NCBI GenBank assembly: GCA_965261975.1
Contig: CBDHEC010000057.1
Location: 1-64,000 of the forward strand
Reading direction: 5' to 3'
DNA length: 64,000 nt
Source: Alphaproteobacteria bacterium
GTDB lineage: Bacteria > Pseudomonadota > Alphaproteobacteria > UBA6615
Under the pieces are notes generated by a model, which was not told the DNA's origin, did not search any database, and was given only the letters and a program-made list of their open reading frames with translations. This document shows, piece by piece, positions 31,022 to 42,689 of the stretch. The first letter of the stretch is position 1. Every line of letters starts with the position of its first letter. The position numbers were made by a program, and so were the translations under genes.

Positions 31022-31398
31022 GCGAACACGACCCGGGCCAGGCGCAGGCCGATGAAGAGCGCACCAATTGCACCGACAACCGATACCAGCACGTAACCGG
31101 CGGCAAGCATCATCTGGCCACGCTCATAAAGGACAATCGCATCGAGGGAAAATGTTGAGAACGTCGTAAACGCCCCGAGCCCGCCGACGGTCAACAATGC
31201 ACGGACTTCAGGTGTCACGCTCCAGCTGGAGGCCATAACGTGAACCAGAACACCCAGCGCGAAGGAGCCAACGATATTCACGACCAAGGTATCCCAGGGA
31301 ATTCCAAGGCCGACCCAGGCCGCCATCGCGACATTGACAAAATGCCGTCCCAGCGCCCCCACCGCACCGCCAAACGCGATCGCCAGCAGTATGTTCAT
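31018..31398 (-). CDS. crcB: Fluoride channel Fluc/CrcB
   Basis: GGAVGALGR, TLVVN, GAFTTFSTF; four hydrophobic segments. Confidence 0.92.
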   Translation of the reverse strand: MNILLAIAFGGAVGALGRHFVNVAMAAWVGLGIPWDTLVVNIVGSFALGVLVHVMASSWSVTPEVRALLTVGGLGAFTTFSTFSLDAIVLYERGQMMLAAGYVLVSVVGAIGALFIGLRLARVVFA

Positions 31399-31435
31399 GG
31401 TGCGCACCCTTGCGGCAAATTGGGGCCCATCTTCA

Positions 31436-32761
31436 TCAATCCTTTGTACCATCGCCCGCGGCGCGCTCGGCCCGCAGCTTCTTCCAGTAATCCAGCCGCT
31501 TGCCAATCTCACGTTCAAATCCACGTTCGACGGGCGTGTACAACTGAGGCCGTTCAATGCCTTCAGGAAAATAGTCCTGGCCAGAGAAACCGTCGTCGGC
31601 ATCATGGTCATACGCATATCCGTCGCCATAGCCCATATCCTTCATCAACCCCGTCGGGGCATTGAGGATATGCTTGGGCGGCGCCAGTGAGCCGGTGTCC
31701 TGCGCCATGCGCATCGCCGAACCATAGGCCTTATACGATGCATTCGATTTCGGTGCGCTCGCCAGATAGATAACGCATTGCGCCAGGGCCAGTTCGCCCT
31801 CCGGCGTGCCGATCCGCTCATAAGCCTCCCACGCTGCCAGCGCATGGGGCAGCGCCTGCGGGTCCGCCAGTCCGATATCCTCGATCGCAGCGCGTGCCAG
31901 ACGCCGGGCTACAAAGCGCGGATCTTCCCCGCCTGCCAGCATTCTCGCCAACCAGTACAACGCCGCATCCACATCCGATCCCCGCAAGGATTTGTGTAAT
32001 GCGCTGATCAGGTTGTAATGGCCTTCCTGGCTCTTGTCGTAGAGCGGCGCGCGCTTCTGCACGGTTTCGATCAACAGCGCGGTATCGAGATCACTCTCGA
32101 GCCGCAACGCGAACAATTCCTCTGCCAGATTCAGCAAATAGCGCCCATCCCCATCGGCCATCGCCTTGAGCGCCTGTCGCGCTTGCGCATCGACCGGGAG
32201 GCGTCGGCCCTCGAGCGCTTCCGCACGCGCAAGCAATTCCTCCAGTGCCACTTCATCGAGCCGGTTCAGGACATAAACCTGGCAACGTGACAGCAATGCG
32301 GCGTTGATCTCGAACGACGGATTCTCGGTGGTCGCGCCGATGAGCGTGACCGTTCCGTCCTCGACATAGGGAAGAAATCCGTCCTGCTGCGCCCGGTTGA
32401 AGCGATGGATCTCATCAATGAACAAGAGCGTGCCCTGGCCGCCAGCCCGTCGTGCACCCGCGCGCTCGAATACCTTTCGCAGATCGGCAACGCCGGAAAA
32501 GACGGCCGAGAGTGGTTCAAACGTAAACTCGGTTTCGAGCGCCAGGAGCCGGGCGATTGTCGTCTTGCCGCAGCCCGGTGGCCCCCAGAGCACCATGCTG
32601 GCCAAACGGTCATTCGCGACCATCCGACCGATCGGCCCCTCGGCCCCGAGCAGATGTCCCTGCCCGACCACCTCACTGATGGTTTCAGGGCGCAACCGGT
32701 CGGCCAAGGGTCGCGGGGCCTGGCCCGCGAACATCTCCGACTGGTTGTCGGACGCGCTCAT
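31436..32761 (-). CDS. rarA: Replication-associated recombination protein A
   Basis: PLADRLRP, GPPGCGKT, DEIHRFN, SALHKSLRGSD. Confidence 0.95.
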   Translation of the reverse strand: MSASDNQSEMFAGQAPRPLADRLRPETISEVVGQGHLLGAEGPIGRMVANDRLASMVLWGPPGCGKTTIARLLALETEFTFEPLSAVFSGVADLRKVFERAGARRAGGQGTLLFIDEIHRFNRAQQDGFLPYVEDGTVTLIGATTENPSFEINAALLSRCQVYVLNRLDEVALEELLARAEALEGRRLPVDAQARQALKAMADGDGRYLLNLAEELFALRLESDLDTALLIETVQKRAPLYDKSQEGHYNLISALHKSLRGSDVDAALYWLARMLAGGEDPRFVARRLARAAIEDIGLADPQALPHALAAWEAYERIGTPEGELALAQCVIYLASAPKSNASYKAYGSAMRMAQDTGSLAPPKHILNAPTGLMKDMGYGDGYAYDHDADDGFSGQDYFPEGIERPQLYTPVERGFEREIGKRLDYWKKLRAERAAGDGTKD

Positions 32762-34179
32762 CCTGCGACCGTCAATGAGAACAACCGCCCATCGCGCCGA
32801 ACGGTGATGGTCCATTGAGGCGCCGTCTCAGCCGTCAACGCGCGAAGATGCACCACCGATGTGACCTCGACCTTGTTGATCGCAAATATCACGTCGCCGA
32901 CCTGAAAGCTCAGTCGATGGGCAGGGCTCCCGGACGCGATCGACCGGATGACGACACCTTCTTCAAAGTGATCGCGGCCCATCTCTTCCGCGACGGCTGG
33001 CGAAAGATTGGCGACGATTGCGCCGGCAATGGGATGGCGGCCCTCCAGGATACCCTCGTCTCGCAGCGGGACTTCAGGGGGAAGCTCGAGGACGATCCTG
33101 ATTTCATGCTCAGACTTTGGCCTCCGCACCGAAAGCTGTGCCTCGTCACCCACGATCCCCGTCGCTATCCGGAAACGTAGCCCCTCCGTATCGAAAACCG
33201 GCTGCCCGTTGAACGCTGTAATGATGTCACCGGATTGCAGGCCGGCGCGCACCGCAGGGCCCTGTTCGTGTATCCCTGACAGGATCACCCCCTCGGGGCG
33301 CGGCAACCCGATTGCTTCGGCAATATCGGCTGTGACGGTCTCGAATGACGCCCCCAGCCAGGCCCGGCGCAACGCGGTACCCGCAGCGGCCCCGTCGATG
33401 ACCGTGCGCACCATGTTCGCAGGAATGGCGAACCCGATACCCTGGCTGCCGCCGCTACGCGAGAAAATCGCCGTGTTGATACCGGCCAGCGTGCCGTCCA
33501 TGCGAAGTAGCGCACCACCGGAGTTTCCCGGGTTAATGGCCGCGTCGGTCTGAATGAAAAAGTTGAAATCGGATATGCCGACCTGAGTCCGCGCGAGGCC
33601 CGAAACGATTCCGCTGGTCACGGTTTTGCCAACCCCGAACGGGTTGCCGATCGCGAGCACGAGATCACCCACCTCCAACTCGTCGCTGTCGCTCAGCGCG
33701 ATGCTGGGCATTTCCTCATCCCCCGCATCGATCTTCAGAATCGCCAGATCCGTGCGCGCGTCCTCGCGCAGGATTGTCGCATCGAATTCCCGGCGGTCGG
33801 ACAAGACAACGGTGATGCTGTCGGCACCTTCAATGACGTGGAAGTTGGTGACAATCAGACCGTCAGGGCGAACGATCACGCCGGATCCCAGGGAATTCTC
33901 AACCCGCTCACGCGGCCGGGCATTCTCGAAAGTGTCGCCAAAGAACCTGCGAAAGAAGGGGTCGTTGAACAATGGCGAGGCCGGCCCGCGGCTTCGTACT
34001 GCCTTGCGGGTAAATACATTCACCACCGCAGGGCTCGCCGCGCGAACCAACGGGGCGAAAGACAGCATGACCTGCTCGCGATTGTCGGGGGTCTCGCGCT
34101 GGGCATGGGTGGCGGTCGCCGAGACGGCCATGACCGTCAACAGGATCAGGCCAAGGAGGACATGTCGTGTGGTGTGCAT
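32758..34179 (-). CDS. Do/DegQ family serine endoprotease with two PDZ domains
   Basis: Signal peptide, TNFHV, TDLA, GNSGG, PDZ regions. Confidence 0.93.
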   Translation of the reverse strand: MHTTRHVLLGLILLTVMAVSATATHAQRETPDNREQVMLSFAPLVRAASPAVVNVFTRKAVRSRGPASPLFNDPFFRRFFGDTFENARPRERVENSLGSGVIVRPDGLIVTNFHVIEGADSITVVLSDRREFDATILREDARTDLAILKIDAGDEEMPSIALSDSDELEVGDLVLAIGNPFGVGKTVTSGIVSGLARTQVGISDFNFFIQTDAAINPGNSGGALLRMDGTLAGINTAIFSRSGGSQGIGFAIPANMVRTVIDGAAAGTALRRAWLGASFETVTADIAEAIGLPRPEGVILSGIHEQGPAVRAGLQSGDIITAFNGQPVFDTEGLRFRIATGIVGDEAQLSVRRPKSEHEIRIVLELPPEVPLRDEGILEGRHPIAGAIVANLSPAVAEEMGRDHFEEGVVIRSIASGSPAHRLSFQVGDVIFAINKVEVTSVVHLRALTAETAPQWTITVRRDGRLFSLTVAG

Positions 34180-34223
34180 CTGGTGATTTTAACCTCGTTC
34201 GGGTCGTGATTCACGGACCCAGA

Positions 34224-34251
34224 CGCAAAAGGCCGCCCGAGGGCGGCCTTT
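34224..34251 (-). terminator. Intrinsic terminator after rplQ
   Basis: AAAGGCCGCC-CTCG-GGCGGCC followed by TTTT on the minus strand. Confidence 0.85.
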
Positions 34252-34276
34252 CGGTATTCGTGAGATGAACAGCGGC

Positions 34277-34708
34277 TCAGGCAACGGCCTCCTGAAGCTC
34301 TTCTTCATCTGCAAATTGAACCGGACCGGAATCGAGGCCCTTGGCGTCCTCGTCACGGTCGACGAGCTCGATGATCGCGATCGGAGCGGAATCGCCGTAG
34401 CGATAACCGGCCTTCAACACGCGCGTATAGCCGCCCGGACGGTCGGCATAGCGCTCGGCGAGTGTCGAGAACAGCTTCTCGACAAGCGCGCGATCGCGCA
34501 ACGTGCTGAGCGCCTGACGACGCGCGTGCAAATCGCCACGCTTACCAAGCGAAACCAGCTTATCGACGACACGCCGCAGCTCCTTGGCCTTGGGCAAGGT
34601 GGTCGTGATCTGCTCATGCTTGACCAGTGCTGCCGCCATATTGGCGAACATGGCCTTACGATGACTGCTCGTCCGATTGAGCTTCCGCGGACCTTTACGG
34701 TGACGCAT
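34277..34708 (-). CDS. rplQ: 50S ribosomal protein L17
   Basis: MRHRK...[15 protein letters not shown]. Confidence 0.97.
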   Translation of the reverse strand: MRHRKGPRKLNRTSSHRKAMFANMAAALVKHEQITTTLPKAKELRRVVDKLVSLGKRGDLHARRQALSTLRDRALVEKLFSTLAERYADRPGGYTRVLKAGYRYGDSAPIAIIELVDRDEDAKGLDSGPVQFADEEELQEAVA

Positions 34709-34735
34709 CTTAACTACTCCTGATTCCGGGAACCG

Positions 34736-35755
34736 CTAGAACGGTTCCTCGAGGCGTTTTGCCAGATCTTCAATGTTCTCCGGCGGCCAGGCCGGAATTT
34801 CCATGCCAAGGTGCAGTCCCATCTGGGCCAGCACTTCCTTGATCTCGTTGAGCGATTTGCGCCCGAAATTCGGGGTCCGCAGCATTTCGGCTTCCGTCTT
34901 CTGAACGAGGTCACCGATATACACGATGTTGTCGTTCTTCAAGCAGTTTGCCGAGCGAACGGACAGTTCGAGTTCATCCACCTTGCGCAACAGGTTGCGA
35001 TTGAATTCGAGCTCGTCATCAATCTCTTCAACCGGCTGGGCCGCCTTCGGCTCCTCGAAGTTCACGAAGAGCTGGAGCTGGTCCTGCAGAATGCGGGCGG
35101 CAAGCGCCATGCAATCTTCCGGGGTGATCGCGCCATTGGTCTCGATGTCCATGGTCAGCTTGTCCAGGTCCGTCCGCTCGCCCACACGTGCGTTACCCAC
35201 GTGATAGGAGACCTTCGTGACCGGCGAGAACAGGGCATCGACCGGAATCAGGCCGATCGGGGCATCCGCCGCACGATTCTGTGTCGCCGGGACGTAACCC
35301 TTGCCGGATTCCACGGTGAGTTCCATGACCACCCGCGCGCCCTGGTCGAGCGTCATCAGAATGTGGTCGGGATCCATGATCTCGATGTCCGGCCCGGTCT
35401 CGATCTGGCTGGCTTTCACCTCACCAGGGCCGGTCGCCGTCAGCGTCATGCGCTTGGGGCCTTCGCTGTGCATGCGCAGCGCCATACCCTTGATGTTCAG
35501 GACGATGTCGGTGACATCCTCACGCACACCGGGGATGGACGAGAATTCATGCAGAACGCCTTCGATCTGCAGCGAGGTCACAGCCGCGCCCTGCAGCGAC
35601 GACATGAGAACACGCCGCATGGCGTTACCGAGGGTCAATCCAAAGCCACGCTCGAGGGGTTCGGCAACAACCGATGCCTGGCGCGCCGGGTTGGCCCCAC
35701 CTGCAATGTCGAGCTTGCTCGGCTTGATCAGTTCGGTCCAATTTTTCTGGAGCAT
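34736..35755 (-). CDS. rpoA: RNA polymerase alpha subunit
   Basis: [31 protein letters not shown]. Confidence 0.98.
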   Translation of the reverse strand: MLQKNWTELIKPSKLDIAGGANPARQASVVAEPLERGFGLTLGNAMRRVLMSSLQGAAVTSLQIEGVLHEFSSIPGVREDVTDIVLNIKGMALRMHSEGPKRMTLTATGPGEVKASQIETGPDIEIMDPDHILMTLDQGARVVMELTVESGKGYVPATQNRAADAPIGLIPVDALFSPVTKVSYHVGNARVGERTDLDKLTMDIETNGAITPEDCMALAARILQDQLQLFVNFEEPKAAQPVEEIDDELEFNRNLLRKVDELELSVRSANCLKNDNIVYIGDLVQKTEAEMLRTPNFGRKSLNEIKEVLAQMGLHLGMEIPAWPPENIEDLAKRLEEPF

Positions 35756-35849
35756 CTGGGTTTGTCCTCAATTCTGGTCCGGCGCATTGGCGTCGGTGTT
35801 CGGCATCTGCCGATTAAATTTAGTATTCAGCACCCCGAAGGGCGGAAAA

Positions 35850-36242
35850 TCAGACGCGCCGACGCTTGCGCGGCCGGCAGCCGTTATGCGGAACCGGGGT
35901 CACGTCGCGAATGGCTGTGATCTCGAAACCCACCGCCTGCAATGCGCGCAGCGCTGATTCGCGTCCCGAACCCGGGCCCTTCACCTCAACGGCGAGAGTC
36001 TTCATTCCGTGCTCTTGCGCCTTTCGGCCAGCATCTTCGGCCGCCATCTGTGCGGCATAGGGCGTCGATTTACGCGAGCCCTTGAAACCCTGCGAACCGG
36101 CGGACGACCAGGCAATAGAATTGCCCTGCGCATCCGCGATGGTGATGTGCGTGTTGTTAAATGTCGCGCTTACATGCGCCACACCCGAAGTGATGTTCTT
36201 GCGTTCCCGTCTACGGACACGCGCTGTCGCGGCCTTTGCCAT
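35850..36242 (-). CDS. rpsK: 30S ribosomal protein S11
   Basis: TFNNT, KSTPYAA, PHNGCRP. Confidence 0.98.
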   Translation of the reverse strand: MAKAATARVRRRERKNITSGVAHVSATFNNTHITIADAQGNSIAWSSAGSQGFKGSRKSTPYAAQMAAEDAGRKAQEHGMKTLAVEVKGPGSGRESALRALQAVGFEITAIRDVTPVPHNGCRPRKRRRV

Positions 36243-36266
36243 TCCTGATCTACCTTGTCCTGCGCC

Positions 36267-36638
36267 CTAGACTTTTTTCTTACCGGTAATCGGCCGAGCC
36301 TTACCCTTACGGGTGCGTGCGTTTGTGTGAGTACGCTGTCCATTCACGGGCAAACCCTTGCGATGGCGCACGCCGCGATACGAACCGAGGTCCATGTATC
36401 GCTTGATGTTCATCGCAACTTCGCGCCGCAAATCACCTTCGACCTGGTAACCCTGATCGATCATCTCGCGGACCCGAATGACCTCGTCGTCGGTCAGTTC
36501 GTGGACACGCCGTTCGAGCGGGATATCGCACTTCGTGCAAATCTCTTCCGCCTTCGTGTGACCAATCCCGTGGATATAGGTCAGCGCGATCGGAACCCGC
36601 TTCTGTGTTGGAATGTTGACACCTGCAATACGCGCCAC
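36267..36638 (-). CDS. rpsM: 30S ribosomal protein S13
   Basis: [20 protein letters not shown]. Confidence 0.98.
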   Translation of the reverse strand: MARIAGVNIPTQKRVPIALTYIHGIGHTKAEEICTKCDIPLERRVHELTDDEVIRVREMIDQGYQVEGDLRREVAMNIKRYMDLGSYRGVRHRKGLPVNGQRTHTNARTRKGKARPITGKKKV

Positions 36639-36708
36639 GTTCCGAACTCCTTCATGGTTACGGTGCGGTCAAAACGGCCAAATTTTCTAAGGTTGCCCGA
36701 GCGGCGGG

Positions 36709-36736
36709 ATTATATGAATTTCCGCCATAGGGTCAA
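36709..36736 (-). promoter_or_regulatory. Sigma70 promoter of the alpha operon
   Basis: TTGACC-16 nt-TATAAT in the adk-rpsM gap. Confidence 0.75.
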
Positions 36737-36740
36737 CAGC

Positions 36741-37319
36741 TTAGCCGGACGTTATGATCGCCTCTATTTGGTTAGACACTTCGTCGATCGACTGCATTCC
36801 ATCGACTTTTTTCAACATGCCCCGGGATTCGTAATACGGCAGTATCGGGGCGGTTTGCTCGTGATACACATCAAGCCGATGCTTCAGCGTTTCGGCATTG
36901 TCATCGTCTCGTCGTTCTGCTTCCGGCGTCTCGGCAACACGCGCGTTAATCCGGTCTATCAGGACAGCGTCATCGACCGATATTTCGATCACATGGTCAA
37001 GCCGAAGTCCTTTTGTTTCCAGCATCTTATCCAGCGCATCGGCCTGCGCCGTCGTGCGCGGAAAACCATCCAAAATGAACCCGTTCGCGCAGTCCGGCTC
37101 GGCGATACGCGCCGAAATAATCTCCACCATGATGTCATCCGGCATCAGTTTACCGGCATCCATCACCGCTTTCGCCTGCGCGCCCAGATCGCTTCCCGAT
37201 GCAACCGCTGCGCGAAGCATGTCGCCTGTCGACAACTGGATGAGACCGTGATTGTCGACCAGCACCTTGGCCTGCGTTCCCTTGCCTGCGCCCGGCGGCC
37301 CCAGAAGGATAAAATTCAT
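36741..37319 (-). CDS. adk: Adenylate kinase (short-LID type)
   Basis: GPPGAGKGTQ, STGDMLR, LDGFPR, RRDDD. Confidence 0.97.
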   Translation of the reverse strand: MNFILLGPPGAGKGTQAKVLVDNHGLIQLSTGDMLRAAVASGSDLGAQAKAVMDAGKLMPDDIMVEIISARIAEPDCANGFILDGFPRTTAQADALDKMLETKGLRLDHVIEISVDDAVLIDRINARVAETPEAERRDDDNAETLKHRLDVYHEQTAPILPYYESRGMLKKVDGMQSIDEVSNQIEAIITSG

Positions 37320-37341
37320 CGCCCCATTACCCCGCGAACTT

Positions 37342-38685
37342 CTAGCCCCGACGGCCCTTCAATTTGGCCTTACGGATCAAGCCTTCATACTGATGCGCCA
37401 GCAAATGGCTCTGGATCTGCGCGACCGTATCCATCGAGACCACGACCACGATCAGCAGGCTCGTTCCACCAAAGAAGAAGGGCACAGAGAATCGTGAGAT
37501 CAGGACTTCGGGCAACAGAGCCACAAGCGTGAGGTAACCCGCCCCCACCACCGTCAGCCTGGTCAGGACATAATCGAAGAATTCAGCCGTATTCTTGCCC
37601 GGCCGAATACCCGGCACAAAGCCGCCATTCTTCTTCAGATTGTCGGCCGTCTCCTCGGGATTGAAGACAATCGCGGTATAGAAGAATGCAAAGAAGATGA
37701 TAAGCGCGGCGAACAACAGGAAAAACAGCGGTTGTCCCCGTCCGATGAGCGCCGTCACGGAATTCAGCACCCCGCCGCCGCCGCCGCCCGAGAAACCGGC
37801 GATTGAAACCGGTGTCAGAAGGATCGATGTCGCGAAGATGATCGGGATAACGCCCGACGTGTTGAGCTTCAACGGGATGTGAGAAGACTCACCGCCGAAC
37901 ATACGGTTTCCGACCTGGCGCTTCGGATACTGAACAATGATCCGACGCTGGGCACGCTCCACAAAGACGATGAACATCGTGACGGCCACCGCGAAAATCA
38001 GGAAGCCGATGATGAACAGGGCCGAAAGCGCACCGGTGCGACCCAACTCAAGTGTCGAGGCCAGGGCCGTCGGCAGTGCTGCCACGATGCCGGCGAAGAT
38101 GATCAGTGAAATTCCGTTGCCGACGCCGCGGGCGGTAATCTGCTCGCCCAGCCACATCAGGAACATGGTACCGCCGACGATGGTGATGACCGTGCTGGTG
38201 CGGAAGAAATAACCGGGGTTCTCGACGGCCGCGCCCTGAGACGTGGCCAAGCTCTCGAGGCCGACCGAAAGCCCGTAGGCCTGAATGACCGCCAGACAAA
38301 CCGTCAGATAACGGGTGTACTGGTTGATCTTCTTGCGGCCCGACTCACCCTCTTTCTTCAGCTGCTCGATGCTCGGCGAGATGGCCGTCATCAACTGCAT
38401 GATAATCGCGGCGGAAATATATGGAATCACATTGAGCGCGAAGATACTCATGCGCGACAGCGCGCCGCCGGCAAACGCATCGAAGACGCCGAGAATACCG
38501 TCCGACTGCTGGGTGAAGATGTCGCCGATAATGACCGGATCAATGCCCGGGATCGGAATAAACGTACCCAACCGGTACACGATCAACGCGCCCAGGGTAA
38601 ACCACAGGCGCTTCTTGAGTTCGGTCGCCTTCGAGAAGGCACCAAAATTCAAGTTTGAGGCGATTTGCTCGGCTGTACTCGCCAT
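37342..38685 (-). CDS. secY: Preprotein translocase SecY
   Basis: PYISA, GNGISL, PGIRPG, GGTSLLI. Confidence 0.98.
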   Translation of the reverse strand: MASTAEQIASNLNFGAFSKATELKKRLWFTLGALIVYRLGTFIPIPGIDPVIIGDIFTQQSDGILGVFDAFAGGALSRMSIFALNVIPYISAAIIMQLMTAISPSIEQLKKEGESGRKKINQYTRYLTVCLAVIQAYGLSVGLESLATSQGAAVENPGYFFRTSTVITIVGGTMFLMWLGEQITARGVGNGISLIIFAGIVAALPTALASTLELGRTGALSALFIIGFLIFAVAVTMFIVFVERAQRRIIVQYPKRQVGNRMFGGESSHIPLKLNTSGVIPIIFATSILLTPVSIAGFSGGGGGGVLNSVTALIGRGQPLFFLLFAALIIFFAFFYTAIVFNPEETADNLKKNGGFVPGIRPGKNTAEFFDYVLTRLTVVGAGYLTLVALLPEVLISRFSVPFFFGGTSLLIVVVVSMDTVAQIQSHLLAHQYEGLIRKAKLKGRRG

Positions 38686-38757
38686 CTAGATTTCCGTTCG
38701 CAACGTTGGGTTACGATCCATGTGGGTGATCACGGTCTCGGATCAATAAATATCCGG

Positions 38758-39312
38758 TTACGATTCCGTGCTTTCCTCGTCGTCATCGCTCTTCGCCGGT
38801 GCCGCATCGCCATCGGGAACAGTCTTGATCGTCCGCGGTGTTTTTTCCTTCGGCTGAATCGACACGGTAATCGAACCCCCGGCCTTCTCGACCGCGGCCA
38901 CCGCGCCACGCGTCGCACTGGCCAACTCAAGGCTGACCTTGGACGTAAGTTCGCCCGTCGCCAGGAGACGGACACCATCGAGTTTACGACGCACCACACC
39001 GGCGCTGACCAACGCATCCTCGGTGATCGTGCTGCCCGCATCGAGCTTCTTGGCATCGATCGCGGTCTGCAGACGACCCAGTGTGAGTTCAGCCAGGTTG
39101 ACGCGGTTCGGCTTGGTGAAACCCCGCTTCGGCAGGCGACGATAGAGCGGCATCTGGCCACCCTCGAAACCCTTGATCGCCACGCCGGAACGCGACTTCT
39201 GACCCTTCATGCCACGACCGCCGGTCTTGCCCAGCCCGGAACCCGGGCCTCGGCCGACGCGTTTACGTGCGCGACGGGCACCCTGATTGTCTGACAACTC
39301 ATTGATATTCAT
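38758..39312 (-). CDS. rplO: 50S ribosomal protein L15
   Basis: [19 protein letters not shown]. Confidence 0.97.
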   Translation of the reverse strand: MNINELSDNQGARRARKRVGRGPGSGLGKTGGRGMKGQKSRSGVAIKGFEGGQMPLYRRLPKRGFTKPNRVNLAELTLGRLQTAIDAKKLDAGSTITEDALVSAGVVRRKLDGVRLLATGELTSKVSLELASATRGAVAAVEKAGGSITVSIQPKEKTPRTIKTVPDGDAAPAKSDDDEESTES

Positions 39313-39324
39313 GATCTAATTCCG

Positions 39325-39519
39325 TCAGTCTGCTTCTTCGACACGAACGAGATGCTTAACCTTCTCGATCATGCCGCGCACGGCAGGGGTATCTTCCAAT
39401 TCACGCGTGCGATGGCGCTTGTTGAGACCAAGTCCGATCAGCGTCTGCCGCTGATCACCCCGGCGCCCGATAGCGCTGCCATGCTGCGTGACACGAACAG
39501 TTTTCTTCGCATCAGCCAT
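39325..39519 (-). CDS. rpmD: 50S ribosomal protein L30
   Basis: [16 protein letters not shown]; start ATG 39519. Confidence 0.95.
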   Translation of the reverse strand: MADAKKTVRVTQHGSAIGRRGDQRQTLIGLGLNKRHRTRELEDTPAVRGMIEKVKHLVRVEEAD

Positions 39520-40126
39520 TTTCGGCCTCCGCCTCTGCGGTCTCGGCCTCTTCGCCACCGCCAACCGAATCCTGGACACCACGGCGTCCGATGATATCGG
39601 CAACCTTCAAGCCGCGGCGCGCGGCAACGGCGCGCGGCGACATCATGTTCTCGAGTGCCTCGAAAGACGCCTTGATCATGTTGTGCGGGTTGGAGGTCCC
39701 GATGGATTTGGCCACGACATCCTGAACGCCAAGGCATTCGAATACTGCGCGCAGCGGACCGCCCGCAATGATACCCGTTCCCGCCGGTGCGGCCCGAAGA
39801 ACCACATGACCAGCGCCGAAATGACCCTGCACATCATGGTGCAGCGTGCGGCCCTCGCGTAGCGGCACGCGGACCATTGCCCGTTTGGCCGATTCGGTCG
39901 CCTTGCGGATCGCCTCGGGGACTTCGCGGGCCTTGCCGGAGCCGTGCCCGACGCGGCCGTTCTGATCGCCGACAACGACGATGGCAGCGAAACCGAAGCG
40001 TCGCCCGCCCTTAACAACCTTCGCCACACGGTTAATGCTGACGAGGCGTTCGACGAACTCACTGTCTTCGCGGTTGTCGCGACGACCGCCGCCTTCACGG
40101 CGATTGCGTTGTGGTGCCTGTGCCAT
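39512..40126 (-). CDS. rpsE: 30S ribosomal protein S5
   Basis: [21 protein letters not shown]. Confidence 0.98.
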   Translation of the reverse strand: MAQAPQRNRREGGGRRDNREDSEFVERLVSINRVAKVVKGGRRFGFAAIVVVGDQNGRVGHGSGKAREVPEAIRKATESAKRAMVRVPLREGRTLHHDVQGHFGAGHVVLRAAPAGTGIIAGGPLRAVFECLGVQDVVAKSIGTSNPHNMIKASFEALENMMSPRAVAARRGLKVADIIGRRGVQDSVGGGEEAETAEAEAENG

Positions 40127-40138
40127 TCCTGCCGACCC

Positions 40139-40501
40139 CTAGAAGTTCAAACCGCCGCTACGCGCGGCTTCGGCCAGGGCTTTCACCCGACCATGAAAAA
40201 GATAGCTGCCACGGTCGAACACAACGTCCGAGACGCCGGCGGCCTTGGCACGCTCGGCAATCAACTTTCCAACCTCGGAAGCGCCGTCGATATTCCAGCC
40301 TTTGCCAGTCTTGAAATCCTTGTCTTTCGACGAAGCCGCAGCGAGAGTCGCGCCGGCGTTGTCGTCGATGACCTGCGCATAGATATGCCGGCCGGAACGA
40401 AACACGCTGAGGCGCGGCCGACTGTTCTTCGCGACGCGCCGCAGCTTCGAGCGAACGCGATTGCGGCGTCGAATTGCCAGATTGCGTAGGGTCGACGTCA
40501 T
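40139..40501 (-). CDS. rplR: 50S ribosomal protein L18
   Basis: [17 protein letters not shown]. Confidence 0.97.
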   Translation of the reverse strand: MTSTLRNLAIRRRNRVRSKLRRVAKNSRPRLSVFRSGRHIYAQVIDDNAGATLAAASSKDKDFKTGKGWNIDGASEVGKLIAERAKAAGVSDVVFDRGSYLFHGRVKALAEAARSGGLNF

Positions 40502-41031
40502 TTCTTCTTACCTTCCTTGCGAATGATGACCTCACCCGCGTACTTGATACCCTTGCCCTTATAAGGCTCCGGCTTGCGATAGCCCCTAATCTCCGCGGCG
40601 ACCTGGCCAACGGCCTGTTTGTCGGCGCCCGAGATCACGACGGTCGTCGGACCTTCGCACTTGATCGTAATCCCTTCGGGGATCGGGAAATTCACGTCAT
40701 GGCTGAAACCGAGCTGCAGGTTCAGGTTCTTGCCCTGAACGGCTGCACGGTAACCAACGCCCGTGATCTCCAACGTCTTGGTGAAGCCTTCGGTGACACC
40801 CTCAACAAGGTTGTTGACCAGGGCGCGCGATGTCCCCCACGACATGCGGGCGCGTTTGCTGGTTGAACGCGGCTTAACGACAATTGCCCCGTCGTCCTGA
40901 GTCACCTCGACGTCTGCCGGCAGTTCAACCGCCAGTTCGCCCAATTTTCCTTTGGCCGAAACCAGCTGGCCGGAAATCTGAACGTCGGTGCCGTCAGGGA
41001 CGGCGACCGGGGTGCTTCCTACTCGCGACAT
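40498..41031 (-). CDS. rplF: 50S ribosomal protein L6
   Basis: [19 protein letters not shown]. Confidence 0.97.
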   Translation of the reverse strand: MSRVGSTPVAVPDGTDVQISGQLVSAKGKLGELAVELPADVEVTQDDGAIVVKPRSTSKRARMSWGTSRALVNNLVEGVTEGFTKTLEITGVGYRAAVQGKNLNLQLGFSHDVNFPIPEGITIKCEGPTTVVISGADKQAVGQVAAEIRGYRKPEPYKGKGIKYAGEVIIRKEGKKK

Positions 41032-41061
41032 ACTCCGTGTCTCCTCTACCCGCACACACGC

Positions 41062-41460
41062 CTAGAAGACGTGGCACAGCACCTCGCCGCCGACATTCTC
41101 CGCACGTGCGGTGTTGTCCGACAGCACGCCCTTGGGCGTCGACAAAATTGCAATCCCGAGCCCGCCGTAAACCTGGCGCAAATCGCGGATCTTCGAATAC
41201 ACCCGGCGACCGGGGCGCGAAACGCGCTGGATCTCGCGGATAACCGGCGTACCTTCCTGGTATTTCAGCTCAATCGTGATCTCGGAAATACCCTGACGCA
41301 TCTCCGCCACGCTATAGCCACGGATAAAACCTTCCGTCTGCAGAACATCAAGAACGCGCTCGCGCATCCGAGAAGCCGGCGACACAACAGTACCGAGGCC
41401 CGCGCGCTGTCCGTTACGGATTCGCGTGAGCATATCGCCAAGAGGATCAGACATCGACAT
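41062..41460 (-). CDS. rpsH: 30S ribosomal protein S8
   Basis: [19 protein letters not shown]. Confidence 0.98.
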   Translation of the reverse strand: MSMSDPLGDMLTRIRNGQRAGLGTVVSPASRMRERVLDVLQTEGFIRGYSVAEMRQGISEITIELKYQEGTPVIREIQRVSRPGRRVYSKIRDLRQVYGGLGIAILSTPKGVLSDNTARAENVGGEVLCHVF

Positions 41461-41473
41461 GTGTACGCTCCCC

Positions 41474-41779
41474 CTACCAGCTCGACTTCACGAGACCGGG
41501 AATTCGGCCCGTGGAACCCAGTTCACGCAGTGCAATTCGCGACATGCGGAATTTCCGGTAATACGCCCGAGGACGCCCCGTCAGTTCGCACCGATTGCGA
41601 ACGCGGATCTTCGCGGAATTGCGCGGCAGCTTCGCGAGCTTCATACGCGCCGCAAAACGCTCTTCGGGCTGACGTGAAGAATCACGCGCGATAGCTTTGA
41701 GATCTTCGCGCTTGGCGGCATACTGGTCAACCAGCTTGCGCCGCCGCTTGTTCTTCTCGATCGCACTCTTCTTTGCCAT
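41474..41779 (-). CDS. rpsN: 30S ribosomal protein S14 (long, non-zinc type)
   Basis: [19 protein letters not shown]. Confidence 0.97.
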   Translation of the reverse strand: MAKKSAIEKNKRRRKLVDQYAAKREDLKAIARDSSRQPEERFAARMKLAKLPRNSAKIRVRNRCELTGRPRAYYRKFRMSRIALRELGSTGRIPGLVKSSW

Positions 41780-41803
41780 ATCGTTAGGTCTCCTGACCGA
41801 CGT

Positions 41804-42346
41804 CTATTCGCGGAACGGCATTTCGAAGCCGCGCAGAAGTTCGCGCGCTTCGTCATCCGTATCTGCGGTCGTGCAAATGATGACATCGAGGCCGCGAATT
41901 TCGTCGACCTCGTCATAATTGATTTCCGGGAACACAATCTGCTCGCGCAGGCCCATCGCGTAATTGCCGCGCCCGTCGAAACTGGTCGGACGCAGGCCAC
42001 GGAAGTCACGAACGCGCGGCAAAGCGATTGTCACCAAACGATCCAGGAACTCGAACATCCGCTCACGACGCAAGGTCACCTTGCAGCCGATTGCCACCCC
42101 TTCACGGAGCTTGAAGTTCGCGATCGATTGCTTGGCAGTGGTGATTTGCGCCTTCTGCCCGGCAATCAAGCCCATCTCGTTCGTCGCAGTTTCGATTTTC
42201 TTCGAATCCTGCGTCGCTTCGCCAAGTCCCATATTGAGAACGATTTTGTCCAGACGCGGAACCGCAAGATCGTTCGGATACCCGAACTGTTCCTTCAGTT
42301 TCGGTTTGACGACGCTCTCATATTGCTCGGCCAATCGTGTATTCAT
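41804..42346 (-). CDS. rplE: 50S ribosomal protein L5
   Basis: [17 protein letters not shown]; start ATG 42346. Confidence 0.97.
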   Translation of the reverse strand: MNTRLAEQYESVVKPKLKEQFGYPNDLAVPRLDKIVLNMGLGEATQDSKKIETATNEMGLIAGQKAQITTAKQSIANFKLREGVAIGCKVTLRRERMFEFLDRLVTIALPRVRDFRGLRPTSFDGRGNYAMGLREQIVFPEINYDEVDEIRGLDVIICTTADTDDEARELLRGFEMPFRE

Positions 42347-42353
42347 GTCACAC

Positions 42354-42689
42354 CTATTGGTCAATGATCTCGCCGGACCGCTTGGCAAAGCGAACTTTGC
42401 GGCCGTCGTCGAGAGTCTTGTAGCCGACACGGGTCGGCTTTCTTGTGTCAGGATCAATCAAGGCGACGTTCGATACATGGATCGACGCCTCGAATTCATT
42501 AATGCCACCGGGCGATGTTTGGGTCGGGCGCTGATGGCGTTTCGCCATATTCACACCCTGCACCAGAACCCGGTTGCGCTCGCGATCGACACGCAGCACT
42601 TCACCGGTCTTGCCCTTGTCGCGGCCGGTCACAACGACGACCTGGTCGCCGCGCTTCACCCGCATCTTGGTATTCGCAGTTGTCGCCAT
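42354..42689 (-). CDS. rplX: 50S ribosomal protein L24
   Basis: [20 protein letters not shown]; TGATG overlap with rplN. Confidence 0.96.
   Translation of the reverse strand: MATTANTKMRVKRGDQVVVVTGRDKGKTGEVLRVDRERNRVLVQGVNMAKRHQRPTQTSPGGINEFEASIHVSNVALIDPDTRKPTRVGYKTLDDGRKVRFAKRSGEIIDQ

Noticed and set aside
31399-31435. Possible fluoride riboswitch before crcB
   Set aside because: The gap is 37 bp and shows no riboswitch consensus.
36741-37319. Adk lacking the long LID domain
   Set aside because: Known short variant, common in alphaproteobacteria.
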